DNA from: Candidatus Udaeobacter sp.
GTDB lineage: Bacteria; Patescibacteriota; Patescibacteriia; Magasanikbacterales; GWA2-37-8
NCBI GenBank assembly: GCA_035473115.1
Contig: DATION010000006.1
Span: forward strand, 64,521 to 128,520
Length of the DNA: 64,000 bases
Direction of reading: 5' to 3'
Shown here: piece after piece, positions 40,060 through 48,660 of the stretch
Layout: every line of letters begins with the position of its first letter
Numbering within the stretch: the stretch's first letter is position 1
Made by a program: the position numbers and the translations under genes
Notes under the pieces: generated by a model
Told to the model about the DNA's origin: nothing
Database searches by the model: none
What the model saw: the letters and a program-made list of their open reading frames with translations, nothing else

Positions 40060-40980
40060 ATGTCTGCTCAAACGTATCTTTGGATTTTGTTCGCGGCCAT
40101 CATTGTTATTTTTTTGGCGTTGGATTTGGGTTATTTTAATCGGAAAAGCCACAAGATAGAATTAAAGCCGGCTTTAAACCAGTCTTTGTTTTGGATAGGA
40201 ATTTCTTTAGCATTTAGTTTTTTAATTTTTATTTTTCTTAGCAAAGAGTTATCGGCGGAGTTTTTAAGCGCTTATATAACGGAAAAAATGTTGTCGGTAG
40301 ACAATCTGTTTGTAATCATGTTGATTTTTAGTTATTTTAAATTGGAAGAAAAGTATCATCATCGGGTATTATTTTGGGGGATAATGGGCGCTATAGTTTT
40401 TCGAGCCATATTTATTAGCGCTGGTTCTTATTTAGTGAGCCAGTTTCATTGGATATTATATATTTTTGGCGGCTTACTGGTATATACGGGGGTTAAATTA
40501 TTAGGCGACAAAAAAGAGGAACATGTTGATTTTAGCAATAATAAAATAATTAAATTTGCGCAGAAAATTCTGCCTTTTTCCGCCAATCATCATGAGGGAA
40601 AGTTTTTCCTTAAAGAAAATGGCAAACTGTTTTTTTCTTCGCTTTTTTTAGTAATGATTCTGGTAGAGGTAACTGATATTGTCTTTGCGACTGATTCTAT
40701 TCCGGCAGTGTTTTCTATATCGCAAAATTCATTTATAGTTTTTACTTCCAATATTTTTGCTATTATGGGTCTGAGGGCTCTGTTTTTTCTGATCGAAAAT
40801 ATCTTGCGCCGTTTCCATCACCTGCAAAAAGGTCTGGCCTTTATACTTTTATTCATCGGTTTAAAGATGCTGCTGGGTATATTTGGTTTAGAAATATCTT
40901 CTTTTATATCTTTTGCAGTCATTATGCTGGCTTTGGCGACATCGATGATTTTGTCGGCAATTTTTCCGAAAAAAATTTAA
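40060..40980 (+). CDS. TerC family integral membrane protein
   Basis: MLSVDNLFVIMLIF plus a repeated D-N-containing TM pattern typical of TerC/Alx. Confidence 0.85.
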   Translation: MSAQTYLWILFAAIIVIFLALDLGYFNRKSHKIELKPALNQSLFWIGISLAFSFLIFIFLSKELSAEFLSAYITEKMLSVDNLFVIMLIFSYFKLEEKYHHRVLFWGIMGAIVFRAIFISAGSYLVSQFHWILYIFGGLLVYTGVKLLGDKKEEHVDFSNNKIIKFAQKILPFSANHHEGKFFLKENGKLFFSSLFLVMILVEVTDIVFATDSIPAVFSISQNSFIVFTSNIFAIMGLRALFFLIENILRRFHHLQKGLAFILLFIGLKMLLGIFGLEISSFISFAVIMLALATSMILSAIFPKKI

Positions 40981-41029
40981 GCTGGTTTAGGGGTTGACTT
41001 TTATCTAAAATAAGAGTACAATAGCCTGC

Positions 41030-41698
41030 TTGAGATTTAACTCATTTATAGAAATTATGAAAAATTTTCATCGAGGCGACAAGTCTGGCGGCGGCAGAGA
41101 TCATAAAGGTTTTGGCAAGAGAAATTCCGGCGGCCATGGCTTTGGCGGTGGCAATAGGGGTTTTGGCGGCAGAGACGGTGAAAGACCAAATATGATGTTT
41201 AAGGCGGTCTGCAGCCAGTGCGGCAAAGATTGCCAATTGCCTTTTAAACCAAATGGCAACCGACCAGTTTTTTGCAGCACCTGTTTTGAAATCCAAAAAA
41301 ATGAAAACCCCGACAGATCAGAAAGAAAGAGTTTCAGTAAGCCTAAATTTGAGGATAAAAAATTGTTTGAAGCGGTTTGCGGCAACTGCGGCGATAACTG
41401 TTTAGTGCCGTTTCGTCCGTTTCCTGGCAAGCCAGTTTTTTGCAAGAAATGTTTTGATAAAGATGATAAGGTTGTAAATCATACTATTGTTAAAACTGAT
41501 AATAGTAATAATAAAAATTTCGAACAGCTTAAATCTGAGATTGAAATGATTAATATCAAGCTGGATAGAATTTTGCGAGAGCTGACCCCCAAAGAAGATC
41601 GTGAAGAAATCGAAGAAGAAGTTGAAGAAATCGTAAAAGAAGCTCCTAAAAAAACTGCTAAACCTTCCAAAAAATCAACTGCCAAAAAGAAAAAATAA
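41030..41698 (+). CDS. Gly/Arg-rich (RGG-like) protein with two CxxC...CxxCF zinc-ribbon repeats and a Lys-rich tail
   Basis: GFGGGNRGFGGRDGERP low-complexity N-terminus. Two copies of AVCxxCGxxCxxPFxPxxxxPVFCxxCF. KKSTAKKKK tail. Confidence 0.6.
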   Translation: MRFNSFIEIMKNFHRGDKSGGGRDHKGFGKRNSGGHGFGGGNRGFGGRDGERPNMMFKAVCSQCGKDCQLPFKPNGNRPVFCSTCFEIQKNENPDRSERKSFSKPKFEDKKLFEAVCGNCGDNCLVPFRPFPGKPVFCKKCFDKDDKVVNHTIVKTDNSNNKNFEQLKSEIEMINIKLDRILRELTPKEDREEIEEEVEEIVKEAPKKTAKPSKKSTAKKKK

Positions 41699-41710
41699 GA
41701 TATAATAAAA

Positions 41711-41742
41711 ACACTGTTCTACTTGGAGCGGTGTTTTTGTTT
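41711..41742 (+). terminator. Intrinsic terminator
   Basis: ACACTGTTCT...GGAGCGGTGT stem followed by TTTTTGTTT. Confidence 0.5.
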
Positions 41743-41773
41743 AAGTTGCATAAAATATGCTAAAGTATAATAT

Positions 41774-42031
41774 ATGAAAAATTCTTATACAGTTTATATT
41801 GTCGAATGCGCGGACAAGACTCTTTATACTGGCTGGACTAATGATTTAAGCAAAAGAATTTACGCGCATAATAACTCGGCTACGGGAGCCAAATATACCC
41901 GAGGCCGCCGCCCCGTAAAGTTGGTATATAAAGAAGTTGTGCCGAGTTTAAAAGCTGCTCTAAAAAGAGAAGCTGCTATTAAACGATTGTCTCGGAAAGA
42001 AAAAATGGTGTTAGTTGGATTTGTTTGTTGA
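41774..42031 (+). CDS. GIY-YIG domain protein (small stand-alone, UPF0213/YhbQ-like)
   Basis: YTVYIVEC...LYTGWTNDLSKRIYAHN GIY-YIG core. 85 aa. Confidence 0.75.
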   Translation: MKNSYTVYIVECADKTLYTGWTNDLSKRIYAHNNSATGAKYTRGRRPVKLVYKEVVPSLKAALKREAAIKRLSRKEKMVLVGFVC

Positions 42032-42103
42032 CGTTTTTATTTAGGTGTATAATGTTATTCAAGGGGAGGGTCGAACCTTTTTTAAACAACTAAAATAATT
42101 TAT

Positions 42104-42400
42104 ATGTCATTAAATTGGAAAATAATCTTGCCGATTATCGTCCTTGTTATCGGGGTCGGCGCGGTAATAAAATATAAAAATAGTTATCCAAGGCCAGCAG
42201 CAGAAAATTTGCAAACCCAGCAGCAGGAATCAGAAGAAAAATATTCATACGACCAGAATTCGCCGCCGCTCACCGACGCGGAAATAAACGCTTTTGTGAA
42301 GGCTGCCAGCATTGAATCGGCTGTTGAGACTGAAGAAGAAAAAGATAGTGTGTTAGTAACTTCGGATAATCAAGCTTTAAATAATTTTAATAATTTATAG
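42104..42400 (+). CDS. Hypothetical small membrane-anchored protein
   Basis: N-terminal TM helix, then an acidic tail. Confidence 0.4.
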   Translation: MSLNWKIILPIIVLVIGVGAVIKYKNSYPRPAAENLQTQQQESEEKYSYDQNSPPLTDAEINAFVKAASIESAVETEEEKDSVLVTSDNQALNNFNNL

Positions 42401-42461
42401 TTTTAGAGAAAGTTCTTTAATAGTATTTTCTCAGCAAGCTATAGCATAAGACATAATATAT

Positions 42462-43601
42462 ATGTACCATCAAGTCTCCAAAAGGGCAGTCGGTTTAGCA
42501 ATGACATTTGCTTTGTTGGCCAATGTGGCAGCATTGCCTGTTTTAGCCGAAGAAACAGGTTCTGCTTCTACTGTGGTAAAAACCAGATCAGAAGTTAATT
42601 TTTGTACTCGTTTAGAACAGTCTTCTACCAAACTAGACAGTAACATGGCTGATCGAACAAAAAAATTAGACGATCAATCTAATTTAAGAAATACTAATTT
42701 AGAAAAAAATCGCTCTGATCGCGATGAAAAGTTAACTGAACAGAGATCTAATTCTGATAAAAATGTTGCTGAGCGTTACGCTAAAATGGAAGGCAAAGCA
42801 AAAAATGATGCTCAAAGAATCGCTCTAGAAAATTTCCATACAGCCATGCTAGCTGCTCTTAACACCAGAAAAGCGGCTTTTGATGCTGCTCGGACCACTT
42901 TTCGAGCCGGTATAGATGAAGCGATTGCTGCTCGCAAAGCTGCTATACAGTCTGCCGTAAGATCTTTCCAGACAGCTTTAAAAGATGCTGAAACAAAAGC
43001 TAAAGCTGATTGTGCGGGTGGAGTTGCTCCGGCAACTGCTAAGACCAATTTTGAAACTGCTGTCAAAACTGCTCGGGAAAAATTTGCGGCTGATCGCAAA
43101 GCGGTAGAAAGATTAGGTGTTAATTTAAAAACATTAACTGACGCGCGCAAAACAGCTCTAGACAAAGCTCGGGCTGACTTTAAAGCTGCCGTTGAAAAAG
43201 CTACTAAAGACCTAAAAGCTGCTTTGCTGGCAGCTAGACCAGTTAAAACAATTAATAAAGATGGTGATCACAAGACAACAACAACTGTTAGAAATGACGA
43301 CAATCAAAAAACAGAAGAACCTAAAGAAGTTAAGCCGGAACATGAACCTAAAAAGGTTGCCTTACAAATTGTCGGCTCTGCTTTTCAACCACTAAGTCAA
43401 TCTGTGGTCAAAGGCGATACGGTTGTTTGGACAAACAATGATTCTGTACCTCACACTGTAACGGCGGCTGACGGATCATTTGATAGTGGCACTATCTCTC
43501 CGGGAGCTTCTTATAGTCACACTTTTACTTCAGTTGGAACTGTTAGTTATTCTTGCGCGTTTCATCCTTCAATGCATGGCAGTGTAACTGTAACTGAGTA
43601 G
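42462..43601 (+). CDS. Secreted Ala/Lys-rich coiled-coil protein with C-terminal type-1 copper (cupredoxin/plastocyanin-like) domain
   Basis: Signal peptide and a ~230-aa amphipathic helical region. C-terminal domain with Cu ligands H (VPHTVTA) and C-x2-H-x4-M (YSCAFHPSMHG). Confidence 0.75.
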   Translation: MYHQVSKRAVGLAMTFALLANVAALPVLAEETGSASTVVKTRSEVNFCTRLEQSSTKLDSNMADRTKKLDDQSNLRNTNLEKNRSDRDEKLTEQRSNSDKNVAERYAKMEGKAKNDAQRIALENFHTAMLAALNTRKAAFDAARTTFRAGIDEAIAARKAAIQSAVRSFQTALKDAETKAKADCAGGVAPATAKTNFETAVKTAREKFAADRKAVERLGVNLKTLTDARKTALDKARADFKAAVEKATKDLKAALLAARPVKTINKDGDHKTTTTVRNDDNQKTEEPKEVKPEHEPKKVALQIVGSAFQPLSQSVVKGDTVVWTNNDSVPHTVTAADGSFDSGTISPGASYSHTFTSVGTVSYSCAFHPSMHGSVTVTE

Positions 43602-43614
43602 TAAATTTACAGTT

Positions 43615-46047
43615 ATGTTTATAGCCCGCCTGAAACAATCGCTAAATATTAAATATTTCATGGCGGGCTATTTGTGCCTGTTGGTATTATTGGCATCTTT
43701 TTACTTTAAAGACTTGGTAATTTTTGCGGATGGAATTTTATTGGTAGCGCTTTATACTGGTTTTGATCTTTTATGGACCTATGCCCGAGACCGAGTCTGG
43801 TATTTGCCGACATCAGCTTGGATATCCGGTTTTGTTTTAACAATTGGCGCTTTTCCTAAACCGCCGCTGTTAGTTTTAATCGTTCTTCCTTTACTGGCCG
43901 TAGCTTCAAAACAGCTGCTGCATTTTGGTAAAAATCGTCATTTGTTTAATCCGGCTGCTTTTGCTTTGGCAGTAATAAGTTTGTTTAATCCAGCTGTTTC
44001 TTGGTGGGCCGTGGCCGGAGCAGTATTGCCTACAATTGCCGGTCTGCAAAAATTAGATTTGGGAATGTGGTTGTTTTTGTTTACATTTTTTGCGGCTCTA
44101 ATTATTTTGTGGAAACAAAATCGTTGGCATATTACTTTGCCTTTTTTATTTTCTTATGCTTTTTTTATCGGAGTGTTTTCTTTGGTTAACGGCGTAGTTT
44201 TGGGCAGGTTGCCGAATGTCCTTTTTTTTCAGATAGCCAATGGCGCAGTTCTTTTCTTTTCTACGGTAATGGTGATTGAGCCGATTACTTCAACTTTTTC
44301 AACTAAGCGGCAGGAAATATTATATGGAGCGATGGTTGGTCTGGCAGCTGTAGTGATAATTTATTTTTCTCGTAAGTTTAATTTGGTTAATTTAGACCCG
44401 TTGGTTTTTGGACTTTTAAGTGGAAATTTAATAGCCGGACTTATGTTTTTGCCGGCCCGAAAATTAGCTAAGAATTCATCTGTTAAAAAAGGCTGTTCAA
44501 GTTGTGTTGATTGCAGTTGCAAAGAAGCTGCGCCGGCAAAAATTTCCAGAGAGCCCTCTTATTGGTTTAGAGATGTGCCGGACCAAAATCGGTTTCCGGT
44601 TTTACAAGGTGATAAAGAATTTGATGCCGTAATTGTGGGTGGCGGTATTGCCGGTGTAGCGGTGGCATATTTTTTGGCAAAAAATGGCTTGAGCGCGGCG
44701 GTGCTTGAAGCCGGCACTATCGGCAGCGGTGATTCCAGCTATACTACCGCTTGCGCTACTCGTTTTCTTGATTCGGTTGATGCCAGTTTAAAAGCTTGGG
44801 AAAGCAGCGCCGAAGCTATCGCGATGCTGAAAAAAATAGTTGAAGAAGAGAATATAGATTGCGATTGGCAAGATGTTGATACGATCTGTTTTTCTCGGGA
44901 AACAGATAAAAAATCTTTGAATAATTTTTTGGCCACAGCGCAAAAATTTCAATCTAAGGACAGCTCAATTGAATATTTAGTTAAAGATGAAGCCAGCGCT
45001 TCGGTTGGTGTTCCCGTATCGGCAGCTTATCAAAAAAAATCCGCTGAAGGCATGTTTCATATGCGCAAGCTTTTAATGGCTTTGGCAGAAAGAGCAATAA
45101 AAAACGGAGCTTTATTTTTTGAAGATAGCGAGGCTACTAATTTTACTTTTGGTGATCAGGTCGTAGTTAAAACAAAAAAGGGGGGTATCAAGGCAAAATG
45201 GCTTATTGTCGCCACTGGTTTGCCGCCAGTAAAGTTTTTTCCGGCAGTTAGCAAATTGCTGCGCAGTGCAGTTAGTTATGTTATTGATGTAAAGTTTGCA
45301 GAAAAACCGCCGTTTGCTAAAGCATTTTTTTGGGATGATCAAGATCCATACCATTATTTTCGTTCAGTTGCTGAAAATGAATTTATTTTGGGCGGTGAAG
45401 ATTGGAAAACAAATAGCTCTAAGCCGGATTTAAATCCGCATTTGCAATTGGAAAAATGGTTTAAAAATCTTGTTGGCAGACAGGCATCGTTTAAAGTAGT
45501 TAATAGTTGGCAAGGTTCACTTTTTTATACGCCAGATACTTTGCCTCTGGTCGGGCCTCATCCGAAATACGGAAAAAATATTATTTTTTTAACTGGCTGG
45601 GCTGGGAACGGCACAGCGCAAGGTGTTTTTGCGGCTAGTATGGCAGTTAGTATTATTCAGAAAAAAAATAATCCTTATTATCATCTGTTTGCCTGCGATC
45701 GCAAGTTGTCTTGGCCAGTTGAAAATAATTCAGGTAATTTGTCTGTTTTAGCAAGTGTTGAGACTGGCGCGCTGGCAAAAGAATATTTAGAAAATAAAGG
45801 CAAAATTTTGGAAGTGGCCGGGCAAAAATTAGCGGTGATAAAAACTAACGGGAAGATCAAAGCTTTTTCAGCTCTCTGTCCACACCTTGGCTGTGCTGTT
45901 GGCTGGAATGACACCGAAAACACTTGGGATTGCCCTTGCCACGGGTCACGTTTTGAGTCTGATGGTTCACTTAAGAATGGTCCGGCTAAACGCGGGCTTG
46001 ATCCGGTGGAAATTAAGCTAGAAAATGATCAGATTAAAATTGTTTAA
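43615..46047 (+). CDS. Three-module membrane redox protein: RnfD/NqrB-like polytopic domain + FAD-dependent oxidoreductase + Rieske [2Fe-2S] domain
   Basis: [12 protein letters not shown] and [25 protein letters not shown] resemble the RnfD motifs GQNPFNPAM and [31 protein letters not shown] Cys cluster. [22 protein letters not shown] Rossmann motif. CPHLGC...CPCHGS Rieske motif. Confidence 0.75.
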   Translation: [810 protein letters not shown]

Positions 46048-46148
46048 AGTTGAAATTTTCTATTGAAAAAACTTTCATCCCAATGTAACCTACAGTAGGT
46101 TGAAAGCCATATCTTTATTCATTAGATAACCAATAATTTTGAACCAAT

Positions 46149-47012
46149 ATGGAAAGTTTGTGCGCAGTATGTGGGAAAAATCATCCTACCGGAGCATGTG
46201 TTGACCAGTCAAGAAAAGAAGTAGAGCAAAACGCTGAGCGTCGTTTGCCAGGAATTAACAAAACAGAAGGTAGAGGGGGATTAAAAGGACTTCTTAATAA
46301 AGATAAAAAACTTTTAACTGTATTGGACGTTTTACAGATGGATGCAATTGCAGAAAACACCCAGCGAGATTCAGATGCTATGCTTAGAGCGCAAGAGGCG
46401 GAAACAGAAAGAAAACAAAGAATGTATAAGCGTGGTCCAGAGAATAATTCTGCCGAAATAAAAGAGCAGAACCTTCAGGCTTTTGTTGCCACTCATGAGC
46501 CTTGGCTGATTGCCAAAAAAGATAGCGCAGGCATAGATACCCATGATTTATTGGTAAGATTGGGGCTTGAACCAAAGCCAGCCGGATCAGATTTTAAGGC
46601 ATTTGCTAAGCTGTTTTATGAAATTGAGCCTCCAGCAGGCTGGTCTAAAACCACTGATAATTATGATACTGAAGTCAGAGATGAAGATGGTAATATAGTT
46701 TTGGAACAGTTTTTTAAAGGCGCATTGTCAGGTATGAAAGCAGAATTAAAAACTTTATCACCTGTCAGTGAGTCCACACAAGAAATTAAAGCTAGAAAAT
46801 TACCAAAGAATTTTGTTGACAGACTGGCGGCTTTGGAAAAAATGAAGAATGACAAGCAGGATCAGGAATTATATAAAATCACAATCGGCAGATTAGCAGA
46901 GATGGCCGCAGGTAGGCTAGAAGCCGGGTTTAAAACCGGTGCTTATAACGGCTGGCAAGAGGCAGATTTTTTGGAATTGCTAAAACAGCTAGGAGAAGAG
47001 CGGGTTGGGTAA
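46149..47012 (+). CDS. Hypothetical protein with N-terminal CxxC...C motif
   Basis: 287-aa ORF, CAVCGKNHPTGAC. No other motif recognised. Confidence 0.45.
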   Translation: MESLCAVCGKNHPTGACVDQSRKEVEQNAERRLPGINKTEGRGGLKGLLNKDKKLLTVLDVLQMDAIAENTQRDSDAMLRAQEAETERKQRMYKRGPENNSAEIKEQNLQAFVATHEPWLIAKKDSAGIDTHDLLVRLGLEPKPAGSDFKAFAKLFYEIEPPAGWSKTTDNYDTEVRDEDGNIVLEQFFKGALSGMKAELKTLSPVSESTQEIKARKLPKNFVDRLAALEKMKNDKQDQELYKITIGRLAEMAAGRLEAGFKTGAYNGWQEADFLELLKQLGEERVG

Positions 47013-47045
47013 AAGCAGAGATGAATTTGAAAGTGCAATTAGGGC

Positions 47046-47074
47046 ATTGACAAAAAGGTCATTTTGTGGTATGA
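47046..47074 (+). promoter_or_regulatory. Consensus sigma70-like promoter with extended -10 for the cold-shock gene
   Basis: TTGACA (47046-47051), a 17-nt spacer ending in TGG, then TATGAT (47069-47074). About 80-nt leader. Confidence 0.6.
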
Positions 47075-47152
47075 TATATTCATCAAAAATCTCCCAGGTG
47101 GAAAAATAGTCGACTCCTACCGGCGATTAATTTATTCATTATATTTTTTATT

Positions 47153-47353
47153 ATGACAGGTGTTATAAAAACATTAGTTGTAGAAAAGAATTTTGGTTTC
47201 ATCACTCCAGATGACGGTTCGAAAGATATCTTCTTTCACGCTACCGCTTTGAGTGGTATCCAATTTTCTGAATTAAGACAAGGTGACAGAGTGTCATTTG
47301 ACGTTGAAGATTCAGAAAAAGGCCCTCGCGCTGCAAACGTTGTTCGCGCTTAA
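47153..47353 (+). CDS. cspA: Cold-shock domain protein
   Basis: GFGFITPDDGSKDIFFHATAL (RNP1 and RNP2 motifs), 66 aa. Confidence 0.9.
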   Translation: MTGVIKTLVVEKNFGFITPDDGSKDIFFHATALSGIQFSELRQGDRVSFDVEDSEKGPRAANVVRA

Positions 47354-47371
47354 TAGGTCTAAATCTACAAA

Positions 47372-47402
47372 CAAAAAATCCTCTTTAGAAGAGGATTTTT
47401 TG
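47372..47402. terminator. Bidirectional terminator between csp and the convergent YcnI-like gene
   Basis: ATCCTCTT-cta-AAGAGGAT with an A-run before and a T-run after. Confidence 0.6.
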
Positions 47403-47413
47403 TTGTTTTTTTA

Positions 47414-48079
47414 TTAAGCTTTCTTTGTTTTTATTAGGGCAGTTAAAGCTATTAAGGTAGCAATAACGCTGAGCCAAATTGCTATATTTGTTTTTAAGTT
47501 CTCTGAGGTAGTGTTTGAGTTGACAGAGGTCGTAGGCGTTAAGTCATCGATCACTTCTGTTTTTGAGAATGGTCCAAACTTAGAAAAATCCATTTTATCA
47601 TTACTGTTTTTAGTTTGGGTTTGGTTGGGGTCTTGGTCCCAAGAAATTACTGTGCCGTCCGCGTAGGTCTGATAGACCTTCCAATTTAAAACAGTTGGCT
47701 GGCTTGGCACTTTGGCGCTAAAGACAAATTCATCACGCTGATCGGCAGGAACTCTGCCGCCACTCCAAATTATCTCGGTTATTTTTTGTTCATCAACCAT
47801 CCTACCGTCATCATCTTTGGTTTTGTTTCCCGTGATCTGTTTTTTGAGTTCAATTTTCCAGCCCGGTTTTACATTAGGCATGATAAAGCTTAAGCCTTCA
47901 GGCAAAACCAGACGAACTTTAGTGGTAGCCACCGGTTTTTCTGATGGAATTCCTAAATTAAAAGTTTGAAATTTGCCAATTCCAGCTGTATTTGGTTTTA
48001 CCACCGCGTGGGCCATGGCTTGGTTAGCAAAGAGTAATGATGCTGCTAGAATTCCCAGTCCAACTATTTTTTTATTCAT
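47414..48079 (-). CDS. YcnI-like (DUF1775) secreted copper-binding protein with C-terminal TM anchor
   Basis: Signal peptide ...ANQAMA then HAVVKPNTAGIGKFQTFNLGIPSEK, resembling the DUF1775 N-terminus HVxVxP...Y/FQTFxxRVPNEK. His is the first mature residue. C-terminal helix IAIWLSVIATLIALTALI. Confidence 0.6.
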   Translation of the reverse strand: MNKKIVGLGILAASLLFANQAMAHAVVKPNTAGIGKFQTFNLGIPSEKPVATTKVRLVLPEGLSFIMPNVKPGWKIELKKQITGNKTKDDDGRMVDEQKITEIIWSGGRVPADQRDEFVFSAKVPSQPTVLNWKVYQTYADGTVISWDQDPNQTQTKNSNDKMDFSKFGPFSKTEVIDDLTPTTSVNSNTTSENLKTNIAIWLSVIATLIALTALIKTKKA

Positions 48080-48083
48080 ACTT

Positions 48084-48623
48084 TCATTTATTAGTAAATA
48101 TCTTTTTTGTTAAATATATTATAGCTCCTAACATTACAGTAGTTGCCGCATAAAATAACCAGTTTATTTGGGCAGATGATTTTACTGCGGTAGAATCTTT
48201 ATCTAATCGAATGTCATAGGCTAAGTTAAAACTTTGAAAACTGTTGGTTTGGATTGGAGTGCCGGTAAGTTTAATAGTGTAAATTCCTTTATGCGGAAAA
48301 GTATAGGTAATTGCCGGGGCAAAAATACCTTTATAGGATGATCTGCTTTTGGAAAGAGGGGAGGAAAATATTATTTTATTAGTGGTTAAGTCTGTAATAG
48401 AAGCAATACAATTACAGTTATCCGGTACAAATGTTTTTTTGGCATCAGTAATTAAAAATAGCAGATCGGCCGGCTGGCCAACTATTGGGTCATCATCGGG
48501 GTTGATATGCAGCAGTGCATAAATTGAACCGTCGGCCATTAGCTCATGAGCTTGAGCGGGGGAGCAAAGAAAAAATAAACTTGCCCATAACAAAACTATG
48601 AAAGTGGTAAGTTGTTTATGCAT
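48084..48623 (-). CDS. Secreted protein with His as first mature residue (His-brace/CopC-like candidate) and C-terminal TM anchor
   Basis: Signal peptide ...CSPAQA then HELMADGSIYALLH. CNC pair. C-terminal helix. Confidence 0.45.
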   Translation of the reverse strand: MHKQLTTFIVLLWASLFFLCSPAQAHELMADGSIYALLHINPDDDPIVGQPADLLFLITDAKKTFVPDNCNCIASITDLTTNKIIFSSPLSKSRSSYKGIFAPAITYTFPHKGIYTIKLTGTPIQTNSFQSFNLAYDIRLDKDSTAVKSSAQINWLFYAATTVMLGAIIYLTKKIFTNK

Positions 48624-48637
48624 ATGGTAATTTTATA

Positions 48638-48660
48638 ATCTACTACAAATTGTAGTAGAT
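48638..48660. promoter_or_regulatory. 23-bp perfect palindrome (operator candidate) in the divergent intergenic region
   Basis: ATCTACTACAA-A-TTGTAGTAGAT, 11-bp arms, located 15 bp upstream of the start of the minus gene 48084-48623. Contains TACAaatTGTA. Confidence 0.5.

Noticed and set aside
46050-46148. Imperfect nested inverted repeat (CTTTCA...AACCTAC-a-GTAGGTT...TGAAAG) after the RnfD/FAD/Rieske gene
   Set aside because: Asymmetric interior and no following U-run. It could be a weak terminator, but evidence is insufficient to call it.
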